From a candidate division WWE3 bacterium RIFCSPHIGHO2_01_FULL_40_23 (GTDB taxonomy: Bacteria; Patescibacteriota; WWE3; UBA101185; 2-01-FULL-41-18): DNA of 64,000 nt. Shown here piece by piece: positions 46,625-55,476 of the stretch (position 1 is the first letter of the stretch; each line of letters starts with the position of its first letter). The notes beneath the pieces were generated by a model that did not search any database, was not told the DNA's origin, and saw only the letters and a list, made by a program, of their open reading frames with translations. The DNA is taken from assembly GCA_001772615.1 (NCBI GenBank), contig MEUZ01000001.1, positions 189,483-253,482 on the forward strand, given 5' to 3'. Both the position numbers and the translations under genes were made by a program.

Positions 46625-47761
46625 TTATTGTAAAGCTGCTGAACTCATAATCGTCAAAGACGGGTCGGCGATAACTTTTTCATAAGACACAGGTTTGAAA
46701 TTAAAGTGGGCGCAGGAGGCGATGTAAATTGCATTGTCGGTGCAAAGCTCAATTGGGGGAACAAACAATTTATGTGAAGTTTTTAAAAGCGCGTTTTTAA
46801 ATTTCTCCCTAAGATTAGTGTTAGCAGAAACACCGCCCGCAAGCATCACGGAGTTTACGTTATATTCTTTTGCGGCTTTAACGGTTTTTGCAACAAGGAC
46901 GTCCGTAATGGCTTCCTGGAATTCATAGGCGATTTCATAGGCATCACTATTAAATCCTGCACCCTGTTTGTCATTCCAGCGAAAGCCGGAATCTACGTTT
47001 TTAGATTCTGGCTGTCGCCAGAATGACGCTGCTGGACCAATCGCGGGATGGCGGTTTTTAACCTTGGCCATTACTGCTGTTTTAATGCCGGAAAACGAGA
47101 AATTAAAATCTTTGGATCCAATCATCGGCCTTTTAAAAGTAAAGCTTGTTTTAACTTCTCCTTTTTTAAGTGTCTCCTCCCAAACAAGGGCGGCTTTTGC
47201 TATGGCCGGGCCACCCATGTAAGGGGCAAGTCCCAAAAGCCTTGCAGACTTATCAAACGCTTCACCGCAGGCATCGTCCAGAGTGCCGCCAATGTATTTA
47301 AAATTCCCGTGACCTTTCATAAGTACAAGGTCGGTGTGCCCTCCACTCACTATCAGAACAACTGCAGGAAATTTTATTTCCGAAGGATCCTTATTAATAA
47401 AGTTACCGTATATGTGACCAACCAGATGGTTAACGGGTATAAGAGGCTTGCCCCAAGCAAGTGAAAGGGCTTTGGCAGTCTCCACCCCAACTATCAGGGA
47501 GCCAATTAAACCTGGTCCAACCGTAACAGCAATCGCAGATAGCCCTGCTGACTCAACGCCAGCTTTTAACAGACAGCCCTCAACCACGGGAATTATATAT
47601 TCAACTTGTTTTCTTGCTGCAACTTCGGGTATAACCCCTCCCGTTTTTAAATGAATGTCGGAGGAAGTCGCAAGAACGGAGGCTACAACTTCGCTGCCAT
47701 CCCTAACAACAGCTGCAGCGGTTTCATCGCATGAGGTCTCAATACCCAAAATCAAAGACAT
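46625..47761 (-). CDS. tsaD: tRNA N6-adenosine threonylcarbamoyltransferase TsaD, with about 28-aa in-frame insertion encoded by a palindromic element
   Basis: MSLILGIETSCDETAAAVV…VNHLVGHI…FSFSGIKTAV…GGVSAN…CTDNA. The insertion PAIGPAASFWRQPESKNVDSGFRWNDKQ lies between the SGxKTA and SFQEA regions and equals the element at 46968-47034. Confidence 0.85.
   Translation of the reverse strand: MSLILGIETSCDETAAAVVRDGSEVVASVLATSSDIHLKTGGVIPEVAARKQVEYIIPVVEGCLLKAGVESAGLSAIAVTVGPGLIGSLIVGVETAKALSLAWGKPLIPVNHLVGHIYGNFINKDPSEIKFPAVVLIVSGGHTDLVLMKGHGNFKYIGGTLDDACGEAFDKSARLLGLAPYMGGPAIAKAALVWEETLKKGEVKTSFTFKRPMIGSKDFNFSFSGIKTAVMAKVKNRHPAIGPAASFWRQPESKNVDSGFRWNDKQGAGFNSDAYEIAYEFQEAITDVLVAKTVKAAKEYNVNSVMLAGGVSANTNLREKFKNALLKTSHKLFVPPIELCTDNAIYIASCAHFNFKPVSYEKVIADPSLTIMSSAALQ
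46968..47034. repeat. Structured palindromic element, copy K (GTCATTCCAGCGAAAGCCGGAATC type), in-frame inside tsaD
   Basis: TTGTCATTCCAGCGAAAGCCGGAATCTACGTTTTTAGATTCTGGCTGTCGCCAGAATGACGCTG; the open frame is maintained. Confidence 0.75.
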
Positions 47762-47791
47762 AACAGAGAGTATACTACTGATTTTAGGGGC

Positions 47792-49111
47792 TTATTTTCC
47801 AAAGGATTTTTGGGCTGTGGAGAGAGCCTCCGAAGCAGGCTCGCCGGATAAAACGGTATTAACGGCGGTTTTAAGAAGGTCAACCTCTTTATCATTTCCC
47901 GATTTGGAGGAAAGGACACCGCTTTTTGCGGTCTCTGCCGTTTTAACGTAAACATCAAGATACGCGTTTCCCGACAAATCCCCCTGCAAAGATTTCAAAC
48001 TGTAAGGCTCCCCAAAAGGCCTTGCCTTTGACTGCTCGCTGTAAAGCTTTCTTTGAACCTCCTCGGTTGATAAATACTTTAAAAACTCCCACGCGGCATC
48101 AGGACTTGAACTGTTTTTAGAAACAGCCTCCATCCAGAAACTTCCCCAATCAATAACAATGGGGTTTCCTTCAAGATCCAAAGCTCTTGGAACAGGAGCA
48201 ATTCCCATATTAATATTAGGGTTTCTGTTTAGAATATTTAAAACTTCCCATGATGGCGCAAAAACCATTGCCACTTTGTTGTCTGCAAAAGCCTCTACCG
48301 ACGGTGGCAAAACATCACTCCACACTTTCTCAACAGTCACAAAATTAGTGTAAAAGGTAAGAGCGTCCGCCGCGGCCTGGCTGTTTAAGTCGTCAGGAAC
48401 CTTTATACCTCCCTGTGAAAAAAGGAGCCCAAGAATTGAAGAAAAATGGTCTATGTTATTGGCCGAACCTATTGCTGCGCCCGCTACCTCCAGGTTTCCG
48501 GCCTTATCTTTCTTTGCAAGCCTGGAAGCCACGATCCTAAATTCCTCCCAGGTCGCAGGAGGTGAGGAAATGCCACCTTCGTTAAACATCTGTTTGTTAT
48601 ACAAAAGAGCGAGACCATCATAATGAAGGGGGACCGCGTAAACCTTGCCCTCGGAAACGGCGCTCTCTTTAGCCACGGGATAAAACATATTTTCATAATC
48701 GGTGGCTGAAAAAATACTTGAAGGGGCAGGAGAAAGGTTTCCCTGTAAGGAAGGAACCCAGGAATTATGAACGCGTATGATATCAGGCGCGGAACCTTCC
48801 GAAAGCCTTGTAAAAATAGACTCTTTATAGCTTTTCAGGCTTACAAAAGACCTCTCCTCATACATAATGTCAACATTCGGGTGCATTTTTTTGTAGTCGG
48901 CGATAACCGAGTCCATCACCTCTTTGGGCTCCCACAAACCCCACATTGTAAGACTTGCAGGCTTTCCCGTAACTCCAGGCTTTGAACCAAGGTATTTCCC
49001 AACCACAGGAATGTCCTGCAAAGAGCATGCTGTAAGAAGTACTGAAGTTAACAAAAGAAGGAACAAAACCCTTAATTTAGGTAGGGGCAAGGCTTTTTTC
49101 ATGTAAAACAA
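47792..49111 (-). CDS. ABC-transporter extracellular solute-binding lipoprotein (family 1, sugar-type)
   Basis: Lipobox LLTAC; about 420-aa periplasmic-binding-protein composition. Confidence 0.65.
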   Translation of the reverse strand: MFYMKKALPLPKLRVLFLLLLTSVLLTACSLQDIPVVGKYLGSKPGVTGKPASLTMWGLWEPKEVMDSVIADYKKMHPNVDIMYEERSFVSLKSYKESIFTRLSEGSAPDIIRVHNSWVPSLQGNLSPAPSSIFSATDYENMFYPVAKESAVSEGKVYAVPLHYDGLALLYNKQMFNEGGISSPPATWEEFRIVASRLAKKDKAGNLEVAGAAIGSANNIDHFSSILGLLFSQGGIKVPDDLNSQAAADALTFYTNFVTVEKVWSDVLPPSVEAFADNKVAMVFAPSWEVLNILNRNPNINMGIAPVPRALDLEGNPIVIDWGSFWMEAVSKNSSSPDAAWEFLKYLSTEEVQRKLYSEQSKARPFGEPYSLKSLQGDLSGNAYLDVYVKTAETAKSGVLSSKSGNDKEVDLLKTAVNTVLSGEPASEALSTAQKSFGK

Positions 49112-50351
49112 TTGTAGATAACCCCATACCCAGTGTCAACCAAGTAAGAATAAACCCTTGCTGAATAGTAAAGGGGTAATGATCAAAAGTGCCGATAAAA
49201 AACACCTCTAAAATTAAAATAAGAGGAAAAACTTCATGCCCTTTAGATAAAACCTTCATAAAAATGAGGTATAAAAACCCCGAAAAAAACACAAGAGTTA
49301 CTATTCCTGACTCCGAAGCGACTAAATAAAACACGTTATGAACAGGCTGAATAAACTTGATAATACCCCTAACCCCACCGTATTTTTCAAGATTTATGGT
49401 AAACATATTCAAGCCGACTCCTGTCAAAGGATTACCTTTAATCATCTTCACACTGGCTTTTAAAAGATCGTCTCTTCTATAAATTGAGGCTCTTTCGGAT
49501 TTAATCTCATTCATAACAACGGGGAGGAAGAGATTTAAAAAAATGATCAGGAAAAAAGCTCCTTTAAAAAGGAACTCTTTCTTAAATCTCCTTAAAAGAA
49601 CGAGCAGAGAAACTCCCAGAAAGAAAGCCAAAATAGAAGAGGTGCTTAAAGTCAAAAATAAGACCAGCAGCCCGTAAAGAAAAGCGAGAACTTGAAAAAG
49701 AGACAGCCTTTTTGATTTAAAAAAAGAATAAAGGAGTATGGATAAAGAAATCGCAAGAAACCCGCCAAGGACGTTTGGGTGGGGGAGTGTACCGTAAGGC
49801 GGTATAACAGCTCTTCCAAAAAATCCCTCATAAGAAACACCTAAGGTCCTGTAAGTGTAGGGTATTTCTCCAAAAAACAAGTAGTTACTAAACAAAGAAG
49901 CTTTTTTAACCCATTGGGCAAAACCTAAGAAGCTTTCAAAAAACAATGGAAATGAAATTACTCCAGCAAGTTTTTTAAGATCTCTTTCAATAGAAAAATT
50001 AAGTGAAACATAAAGAAAAAGGAAAATAAATTCATAAATTTTAACCAGTTTATACAAGGAAGGATAAGAAAAAACGCTGAAAGAAACGGAAACTATATAA
50101 AGAAAAAGAAAAGCAAAAAGAGGAAGAACCCCTGAAGTAAATCTGTATCTGGGCCTGTTTTTAATGATGTCAAGATCAAAAAGAATGAAAATGCCAATAA
50201 TTATCAAATCCGTTACATAAAAAGTGGGGATCAGGTAGTCAACAAGAATATTGGAAGTGTAAGACCAGTTAAAAATGAAGTGTTTCCCAAGATTAACCGG
50301 AAGGAAAAATATTAAAGAAAAAAAGAGGAATGTATGAAGCCTCTTTAGCAT
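49077..50351 (-). CDS. O-antigen ligase / Wzy-like polytopic membrane protein
   Basis: About 11 TM helices; loop region …IKGNPLTGVGLNMF… typical of the Wzy_C family. Confidence 0.55.
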   Translation of the reverse strand: MLKRLHTFLFFSLIFFLPVNLGKHFIFNWSYTSNILVDYLIPTFYVTDLIIIGIFILFDLDIIKNRPRYRFTSGVLPLFAFLFLYIVSVSFSVFSYPSLYKLVKIYEFIFLFLYVSLNFSIERDLKKLAGVISFPLFFESFLGFAQWVKKASLFSNYLFFGEIPYTYRTLGVSYEGFFGRAVIPPYGTLPHPNVLGGFLAISLSILLYSFFKSKRLSLFQVLAFLYGLLVLFLTLSTSSILAFFLGVSLLVLLRRFKKEFLFKGAFFLIIFLNLFLPVVMNEIKSERASIYRRDDLLKASVKMIKGNPLTGVGLNMFTINLEKYGGVRGIIKFIQPVHNVFYLVASESGIVTLVFFSGFLYLIFMKVLSKGHEVFPLILILEVFFIGTFDHYPFTIQQGFILTWLTLGMGLSTIVLHEKSLAPT

Positions 50352-50690
50352 AGCCTATTTGTAACATGATATAGGGCATCGTATCAAGAGAGTTTGCAAA
50401 CCCCCTTTCATTTCTACTCTTGTATTACATATTTAGAAGTTACAGATATAGGGGATGTGGTTAAGTGAATTTCGGGTAATTTAACCTTTTGTTAATACCA
50501 TACCAATAACGGTTTGTGTTTATATGCAGTACTTTATTGCCAAATTAATCTAAAAAACCCGAAGCTTGTTACTGTGATAACTTAAAAAGATGTTGAAAAA
50601 GATAAAAACCTTGTGGAAACCTTTGTGGATAAACAAGCCAACTTGTCCACAATGCATGCTTTGCCGTTTTTATGCTCTGACTAATCCACA
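50352..50690. promoter_or_regulatory. Candidate oriC: AT-rich non-coding region with a DnaA-box cluster 3' of dnaA
   Basis: TGTGGATAA perfect box at 50624-50632. One-mismatch boxes TGTGGTTAA 50456-50464, TTGTCCACA 50643-50651 and TAATCCACA 50682-50690. TGTGGAAAC at 50613-50621. Confidence 0.6.
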
Positions 50691-52054
50691 TTTATATTAA
50701 GAGTCCTTTTTATATTTACAATGTCCTGCCTTAGCCTTGTGTCGGCGTTTATTTCTTTCTCTATTTTTTCAGATCCGTGCATTATCGTTGTATGATCTCT
50801 TCCTCCGAGGAGATCACCTATTGCCATAAACGGCGTTCCCGAATATTTCTTTAAAAGAAACATGGAGACCTGCCTTGGAAGGACATACTCTTTAAGCCTT
50901 TTTGGTCCTTTTAAGTCAGTCATTTTTATGCTGTAGTAATTGCAGACTGCTTTTAGCACCTCGTTAATATTCACATTTATTTTCCCAGGTATTACCTGGC
51001 CTAAAACTTTGGCGCTGTACTCCTTTGTGACTGCTAGCCCTTCCGCTTTTGCTTGCGTTATTATCTGAAGAAAAGCCCCCTCAAGCTCTCTGATATTCGT
51101 CTCTACAATCTGGGCAATATAATCAACTACATCGTTCTCTACCTCTGCCCGCATCTGATTTCTTTTCTCTCTTAAAATTGCGCTTCTTGTTTCCACATCC
51201 GGTTTTTGCATGTCAGCCACTACCCCACTTGAAAATCTTGATGTTATCCTTACATCAAGCCTTGAAAGCTCTTTCGGCGGCCTATCCGACGTGAGAACTA
51301 TCTGTTTTTGCGCCATGTATAAAGCGTTAAAGGTGTGAAAGAACTCCTCCTGCGTTGCCTCCCCTCTTCCCGCTATAAACTGTATGTCATCAATTAGAAG
51401 CACATCGGCTTTTCTGAATTTGTTTCTAAATTTATTTGCAATGTAGTTTTTATTCCGCCCCTCCTGAATAGCCTCAATAAGTTCGTTCATAAAAGATTCG
51501 GCGGTTGCATAAACTACTTTTGTTTTAGGAGCGCTTTTTAAAATATGATTTCCGATGGCTTGGATCAGATGCGTTTTCCCAAGGCCGACGCCTGCATGGA
51601 GGAAGAACGGGTTATAGACCTTTCCCGGATTTTCGGTTATAGCTGTTGCTATTGCGTGGGCGAGCCTGTTGCTTGGGCCTACTATGAATGTTTCAAATGT
51701 ATATTTTTGAGAAAGATTATTGTATTCATCCAGATTTTCTCTGGAAGCGCTTTCTTTGATTTTTGCAGGTACAAACAAAGGGAGGTCGTCCGTTTTAGTC
51801 TCCACTTTCTGTTCGTCAACTTTAAAGATGATTTGGTAGTTTCCGTTTCCTATTCTATCCAGGGTGTTTTTTAGAAGACCATAAAACTTTTTGTTTAAAT
51901 AATCTTTTACATGGTTGCTCGGACAAACTATTTCAAAGGTGCTTTCACTGCAGTCACCAACCTTTGTAGGATAAAAGTATGCCTTATAAATTAATTCGGT
52001 CAGCACTGTTTGGAGCTCACCCAGTGCCGCTTTGTAAAGATCGGAAGGATTCAT
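50681..52054 (-). CDS. dnaA: Chromosomal replication initiator DnaA
   Basis: Walker A GVGLGKTHL, LLIDDIQF, and the C-terminal DNA-binding domain …DLLGGRDHTTIMHG…. Confidence 0.95.
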   Translation of the reverse strand: MNPSDLYKAALGELQTVLTELIYKAYFYPTKVGDCSESTFEIVCPSNHVKDYLNKKFYGLLKNTLDRIGNGNYQIIFKVDEQKVETKTDDLPLFVPAKIKESASRENLDEYNNLSQKYTFETFIVGPSNRLAHAIATAITENPGKVYNPFFLHAGVGLGKTHLIQAIGNHILKSAPKTKVVYATAESFMNELIEAIQEGRNKNYIANKFRNKFRKADVLLIDDIQFIAGRGEATQEEFFHTFNALYMAQKQIVLTSDRPPKELSRLDVRITSRFSSGVVADMQKPDVETRSAILREKRNQMRAEVENDVVDYIAQIVETNIRELEGAFLQIITQAKAEGLAVTKEYSAKVLGQVIPGKINVNINEVLKAVCNYYSIKMTDLKGPKRLKEYVLPRQVSMFLLKKYSGTPFMAIGDLLGGRDHTTIMHGSEKIEKEINADTRLRQDIVNIKRTLNINVD

Positions 52055-52096
52055 AAAGGTTGTATTTTTGGCAGGAACACCTCTACTTTATAAAGT

Positions 52097-52105
52097 TATC
52101 CACAA
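52097..52105. promoter_or_regulatory. Perfect DnaA box (TTATCCACA) in the dnaA / rpmH divergent promoter region
   Basis: Exact consensus 9-mer 50 nt upstream of the dnaA start. Confidence 0.55.
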
Positions 52106-52163
52106 TTTTGTCAATGACTTTTAAATTGACTAACCCTCCCTTCTTGTATAGTATTCTTAGGTT

Positions 52164-52316
52164 ATGCCAAAGAGAACATACCAGCCGAAAAAGAGAAAAA
52201 GGGCAAAAAAGCACGGCTTTATGAAAAGGATGTCAGGGCCCGGCGGAAGAAACGTTTTGAAAAGGAGAAGAGCTAAAGGCAGAGCCGCCCTTACCGTTTC
52301 AAAACACTCAAAATAA
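52164..52316 (+). CDS. rpmH: 50S ribosomal protein L34
   Basis: [50 protein letters not shown]; not in the ORF track (under 60 aa). Confidence 0.93.
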   Translation: MPKRTYQPKKRKRAKKHGFMKRMSGPGGRNVLKRRRAKGRAALTVSKHSK

Positions 52317-52708
52317 TGCTACCAAAAAACTTAAGGATTACCGATAAGTTTGACTTTAATAAAGTAAAGCGCTTTGGAAAAGTAATCCATAGCCCGCTTT
52401 TTATTCTCTCTTATCTTATTGACGGTAAAAACGAAAAGTACCCTTCAAGATTTGGGGTTATTATTACTAATAAGATAGAAAAAAGATCAGTAAAGAGGCA
52501 CAGGGCGAAACGGATACTGATCGATCTTATTTATAAAAATCTTGACAGGTTTCCTGGAAAAGGTATGTATGTTTTTATTGGCAAGCCTTTTATAACGGAA
52601 AAAAACTATGAAGAAATATCTTTTGAATTTAATCAGGTTTTATCAAAAATACCTGTCTTTGGATCAGGGGATGCTTCGCGACCTTCTTTTTCCAAATTCA
52701 AGCATTAG
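52316..52708 (+). CDS. rnpA: RNase P protein component
   Basis: Starts in the TAATG overlap with rpmH; basic 130-aa protein with …[10 protein letters not shown]…. Confidence 0.85.
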   Translation: MLPKNLRITDKFDFNKVKRFGKVIHSPLFILSYLIDGKNEKYPSRFGVIITNKIEKRSVKRHRAKRILIDLIYKNLDRFPGKGMYVFIGKPFITEKNYEEISFEFNQVLSKIPVFGSGDASRPSFSKFKH

Positions 52709-52853
52709 GATTTGTAGGTTTTACCCCTCCTGTTCGGAGTATACGTACCAGGCAGTTGAAAAATATGGTATTTTAACGGGTGGTCTTAAGGGCCTTTTAA
52801 GGGTGTTAAGATGCAACCCCCTTTCAAAGGGTGGGGAGGATCCTCTTCTATGA
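52608..52853 (+). CDS. yidD: Membrane protein insertion efficiency factor YidD
   Basis: [19 protein letters not shown]…RCNP signature. Overlaps the rnpA 3' end in another frame. Confidence 0.8.
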   Translation: MKKYLLNLIRFYQKYLSLDQGMLRDLLFPNSSIRICRFYPSCSEYTYQAVEKYGILTGGLKGLLRVLRCNPLSKGGEDPLL

Positions 52854-53647
52854 TTAAAGCTTTAGGCTATGTTTGGAATTTACTTCTGGTTTCACCGTTA
52901 TTAAACCTTGTTGTTTTCTTTTATAAAATTTTTGACTTTAATATGGGGCTTGCCATTATCGCGGTGTCCATTCTTGTAAAGCTTGTTACCCTTCCGTTTA
53001 CCCACTCTTCACTTAAAGTTATGCAAAAGCATAAAGATCTTATGCCCGAGCTTGAGAAACTTAAGAAAAAATATGGGCATGATAAGACAAGGCTTGCCGA
53101 AGAACAGCTTAAGCTGTACAAGGATATGGGGATAAATCCCGCTTCAGGATGTCTTACCCAGATTGTTCCCATCCTTATGATAATTGCTCTCTTTTCCGTT
53201 ATAAACATTTTCTTTGGCAACCATTCTTCTTCGTTGGAAGCTATAAACACGCTTATTTATCTTGACTTTTTAAAAATTCCGCAGGGAAGCTCTATTAACC
53301 CGGGGTTTTTATACCTTAATCTTTCAAAACCGGATCCGTTTTTTATTCTTCCGGTACTCTCCGCGCTCTTGCAATTTCTGACATCCAAAATGATGATGCC
53401 TACTTTGTCGGAGGCTGAAAAGCTTGCTAAAAAAGCCGATGACGTTAAAGATGATGTTATGTATAATATGCAGGAGCAGATGTTATACACTGCTCCTATA
53501 ATCTTTTTGATTGTAGGTTTGAAACTGCCTTCAGGAGTTGTTCTTAATATATTTGTGACAACCCTGTTTTCATTAATACAGCAATATTTTGTTTCCGGTT
53601 TGGGGGGCTTAAAACCTCTTCTCGGAAAGTTTGGGATAAAAACATGA
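52850..53647 (+). CDS. yidC: Membrane protein insertase YidC (short form)
   Basis: ATGA overlap with the yidD stop; LVKLVTLPF…; five TM helices. Confidence 0.85.
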   Translation: MIKALGYVWNLLLVSPLLNLVVFFYKIFDFNMGLAIIAVSILVKLVTLPFTHSSLKVMQKHKDLMPELEKLKKKYGHDKTRLAEEQLKLYKDMGINPASGCLTQIVPILMIIALFSVINIFFGNHSSSLEAINTLIYLDFLKIPQGSSINPGFLYLNLSKPDPFFILPVLSALLQFLTSKMMMPTLSEAEKLAKKADDVKDDVMYNMQEQMLYTAPIIFLIVGLKLPSGVVLNIFVTTLFSLIQQYFVSGLGGLKPLLGKFGIKT

Positions 53648-54114
53648 ACCCTTCTGAAGATATAATATCTGAAATCAAAGAAATTATTGAAAAGATGCTT
53701 TATTTCATAGGCGTTTCGGCAAGGAGCGATGTGTATTTGGAAACAAATGAGAATGGAGAAGTTTACAGGGTGGATCTTTCGGGAGACGACCTTGGCGCCC
53801 TTATCGGTTACCATGGAGAAGGTCTTTTAGCTCTTCAGACAGTCCTCGCTTTAATGGTTGCGAAAAAGTTTGATAAGTTCTTTTATATAAATGTGGACGT
53901 GAACGGTTACAGGCAAGAAAGAGAGGAAAGGCTTAAAGATATGACAAAAAGGGCTGTTGATAAGGTTTTGTTTTCACTTTCTCCCGTTGAACTTCCACCG
54001 ATGGGTGCGTCGGAAAGAAGACTTATCCATATGGAGGTTTCAAAGCACCGGGGTGTCGCGTCTGAAAGCACGGGAGAGGGATTTGGGAGAAGGGTTGTAA
54101 TTAAACCGTCGTAA
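53644..54114 (+). CDS. jag: Jag/KhpB RNA-binding protein (KH + R3H)
   Basis: ATGA overlap with yidC; C-terminal R3H ERRLIHMEV…; conserved position after yidC. Confidence 0.8.
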   Translation: MNPSEDIISEIKEIIEKMLYFIGVSARSDVYLETNENGEVYRVDLSGDDLGALIGYHGEGLLALQTVLALMVAKKFDKFFYINVDVNGYRQEREERLKDMTKRAVDKVLFSLSPVELPPMGASERRLIHMEVSKHRGVASESTGEGFGRRVVIKPS

Positions 54115-54122
54115 TTATTAAT

Positions 54123-55250
54123 ATGAAATTTACCTGTCTTCAGGAAAATCTTGTAAAAGGTCTTTCAACCGTGGGTAAGGCCGTTTCTTTAAAAGGATCT
54201 CTTCCCGTACTCTCAAATGTTCTTATTTCTTCGGATAACGGCAGGCTTAAATTATCAGCGACTAATCTTGAGACTGCGATAACGACTTGGATAGGTGCTT
54301 CCATTGACAGAGAGGGTGCTGTTACCATTCCGGCCAGGATTTTATCAGAGTTTGTTTCAAACCTCCCACCTTCCAGCATTGTGGGTGAGGTTGAGGGAAA
54401 TATCCTTAAACTTTCGTGCGAAAAAGCTTTATCCAAGTTTAACGGGCTTGACGCTTCAGAGTTTCCCGACCTTCCTGTGTTTACGGAGGATTCCCATTTG
54501 AATATTGACTCAAAGCTATTTGGAGAAGCCGTTTTGGAGGCCGCTTTTGCCGCTGCGGTGGATGAAAGCAGGCCAGTTTTAACGGGCGTTTTGGTAAATG
54601 CTTCAAAGGACGGTCTGTATATGGTTTCAGTGGATGGGTTCAGGCTTGCTGAAAAGATTGTTTCCCTTAACGGGAAAAACCTTAAAAAACCTTTCCTCGC
54701 CGTTATCCCTGCAAAAACTCTTCTTGAGGTCGCAAGGCTTGTCGGATCGCTGAAAGATCCTCTTGAAATTTCTCTAAGTGAAGAGGGCAATCTTGTAATT
54801 TTTAAAGTCGGAGATGTCCTTATAACATCCCGTACGATAGATGGAGACTTTCCGGAGTATAAAAAACTTATACCTGAAAAGGACAAGGGGACTACTGTTG
54901 TAAAACTTCCTGCAAAAGATTTTGTTAATGCTTTAAGGCTTTCTAATGTTTTTGCCAAAGAAGCTTCAAGCGTTGTCAGGATTAAAGTTGATTCTTCCGA
55001 GAACGCTGTTTTTGTTTTATCTTCAAACTCGGAAGTCGGAGAAAATAACAGCAAAGTTTCCGCCGAGGTTTCAGGCAAAGATATGGAAGTTGCCTTTAAC
55101 TCAAAGTTTATTATGGATGTTTTTAATAATGTGAAGTCTGACGAGTTTGTTTTCTCCCTCCCTGAAAAGATAGGCCCCGGTGTCCCGGGCGTTTTTAAGC
55201 CCTCCGAAAGGGATGATCATACTTACCTCGTAATGCCCATGCAATTCTAA
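54123..55250 (+). CDS. dnaN: DNA polymerase III beta sliding clamp
   Basis: MKFTCLQENLVKGL… with a three-domain clamp layout; 375 aa. Confidence 0.9.
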   Translation: MKFTCLQENLVKGLSTVGKAVSLKGSLPVLSNVLISSDNGRLKLSATNLETAITTWIGASIDREGAVTIPARILSEFVSNLPPSSIVGEVEGNILKLSCEKALSKFNGLDASEFPDLPVFTEDSHLNIDSKLFGEAVLEAAFAAAVDESRPVLTGVLVNASKDGLYMVSVDGFRLAEKIVSLNGKNLKKPFLAVIPAKTLLEVARLVGSLKDPLEISLSEEGNLVIFKVGDVLITSRTIDGDFPEYKKLIPEKDKGTTVVKLPAKDFVNALRLSNVFAKEASSVVRIKVDSSENAVFVLSSNSEVGENNSKVSAEVSGKDMEVAFNSKFIMDVFNNVKSDEFVFSLPEKIGPGVPGVFKPSERDDHTYLVMPMQF

Positions 55251-55476
55251 CCCCTTTACTAACCATAATTACGAGCACGATAGAAATCAAAAACATATCT
55301 TCTCGAAGGCACGGGATCTCGCGGTACGTTACAGAACTGTGTATTCATTACTCGCGCGGCCCCTTCCTCTCGCCATTGCTATAAAAGTATTAATTCATAA
55401 ATACAAAGCAATGGCTGCGAGAATCCTTCTTTGAAGATATATTTTTGATTTCTGTTTGTTATGTTCGTAGTTCAGG

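Noticed and set aside
55251-55476. 226-bp non-coding gap between dnaN and virB4 with an inverted repeat (CGCCATTGC…GCAATGGCTG).
   Set aside because: It probably serves as terminators for the convergent genes, but it lacks a T-run. It does not resemble a known ncRNA family, so it is left unannotated.
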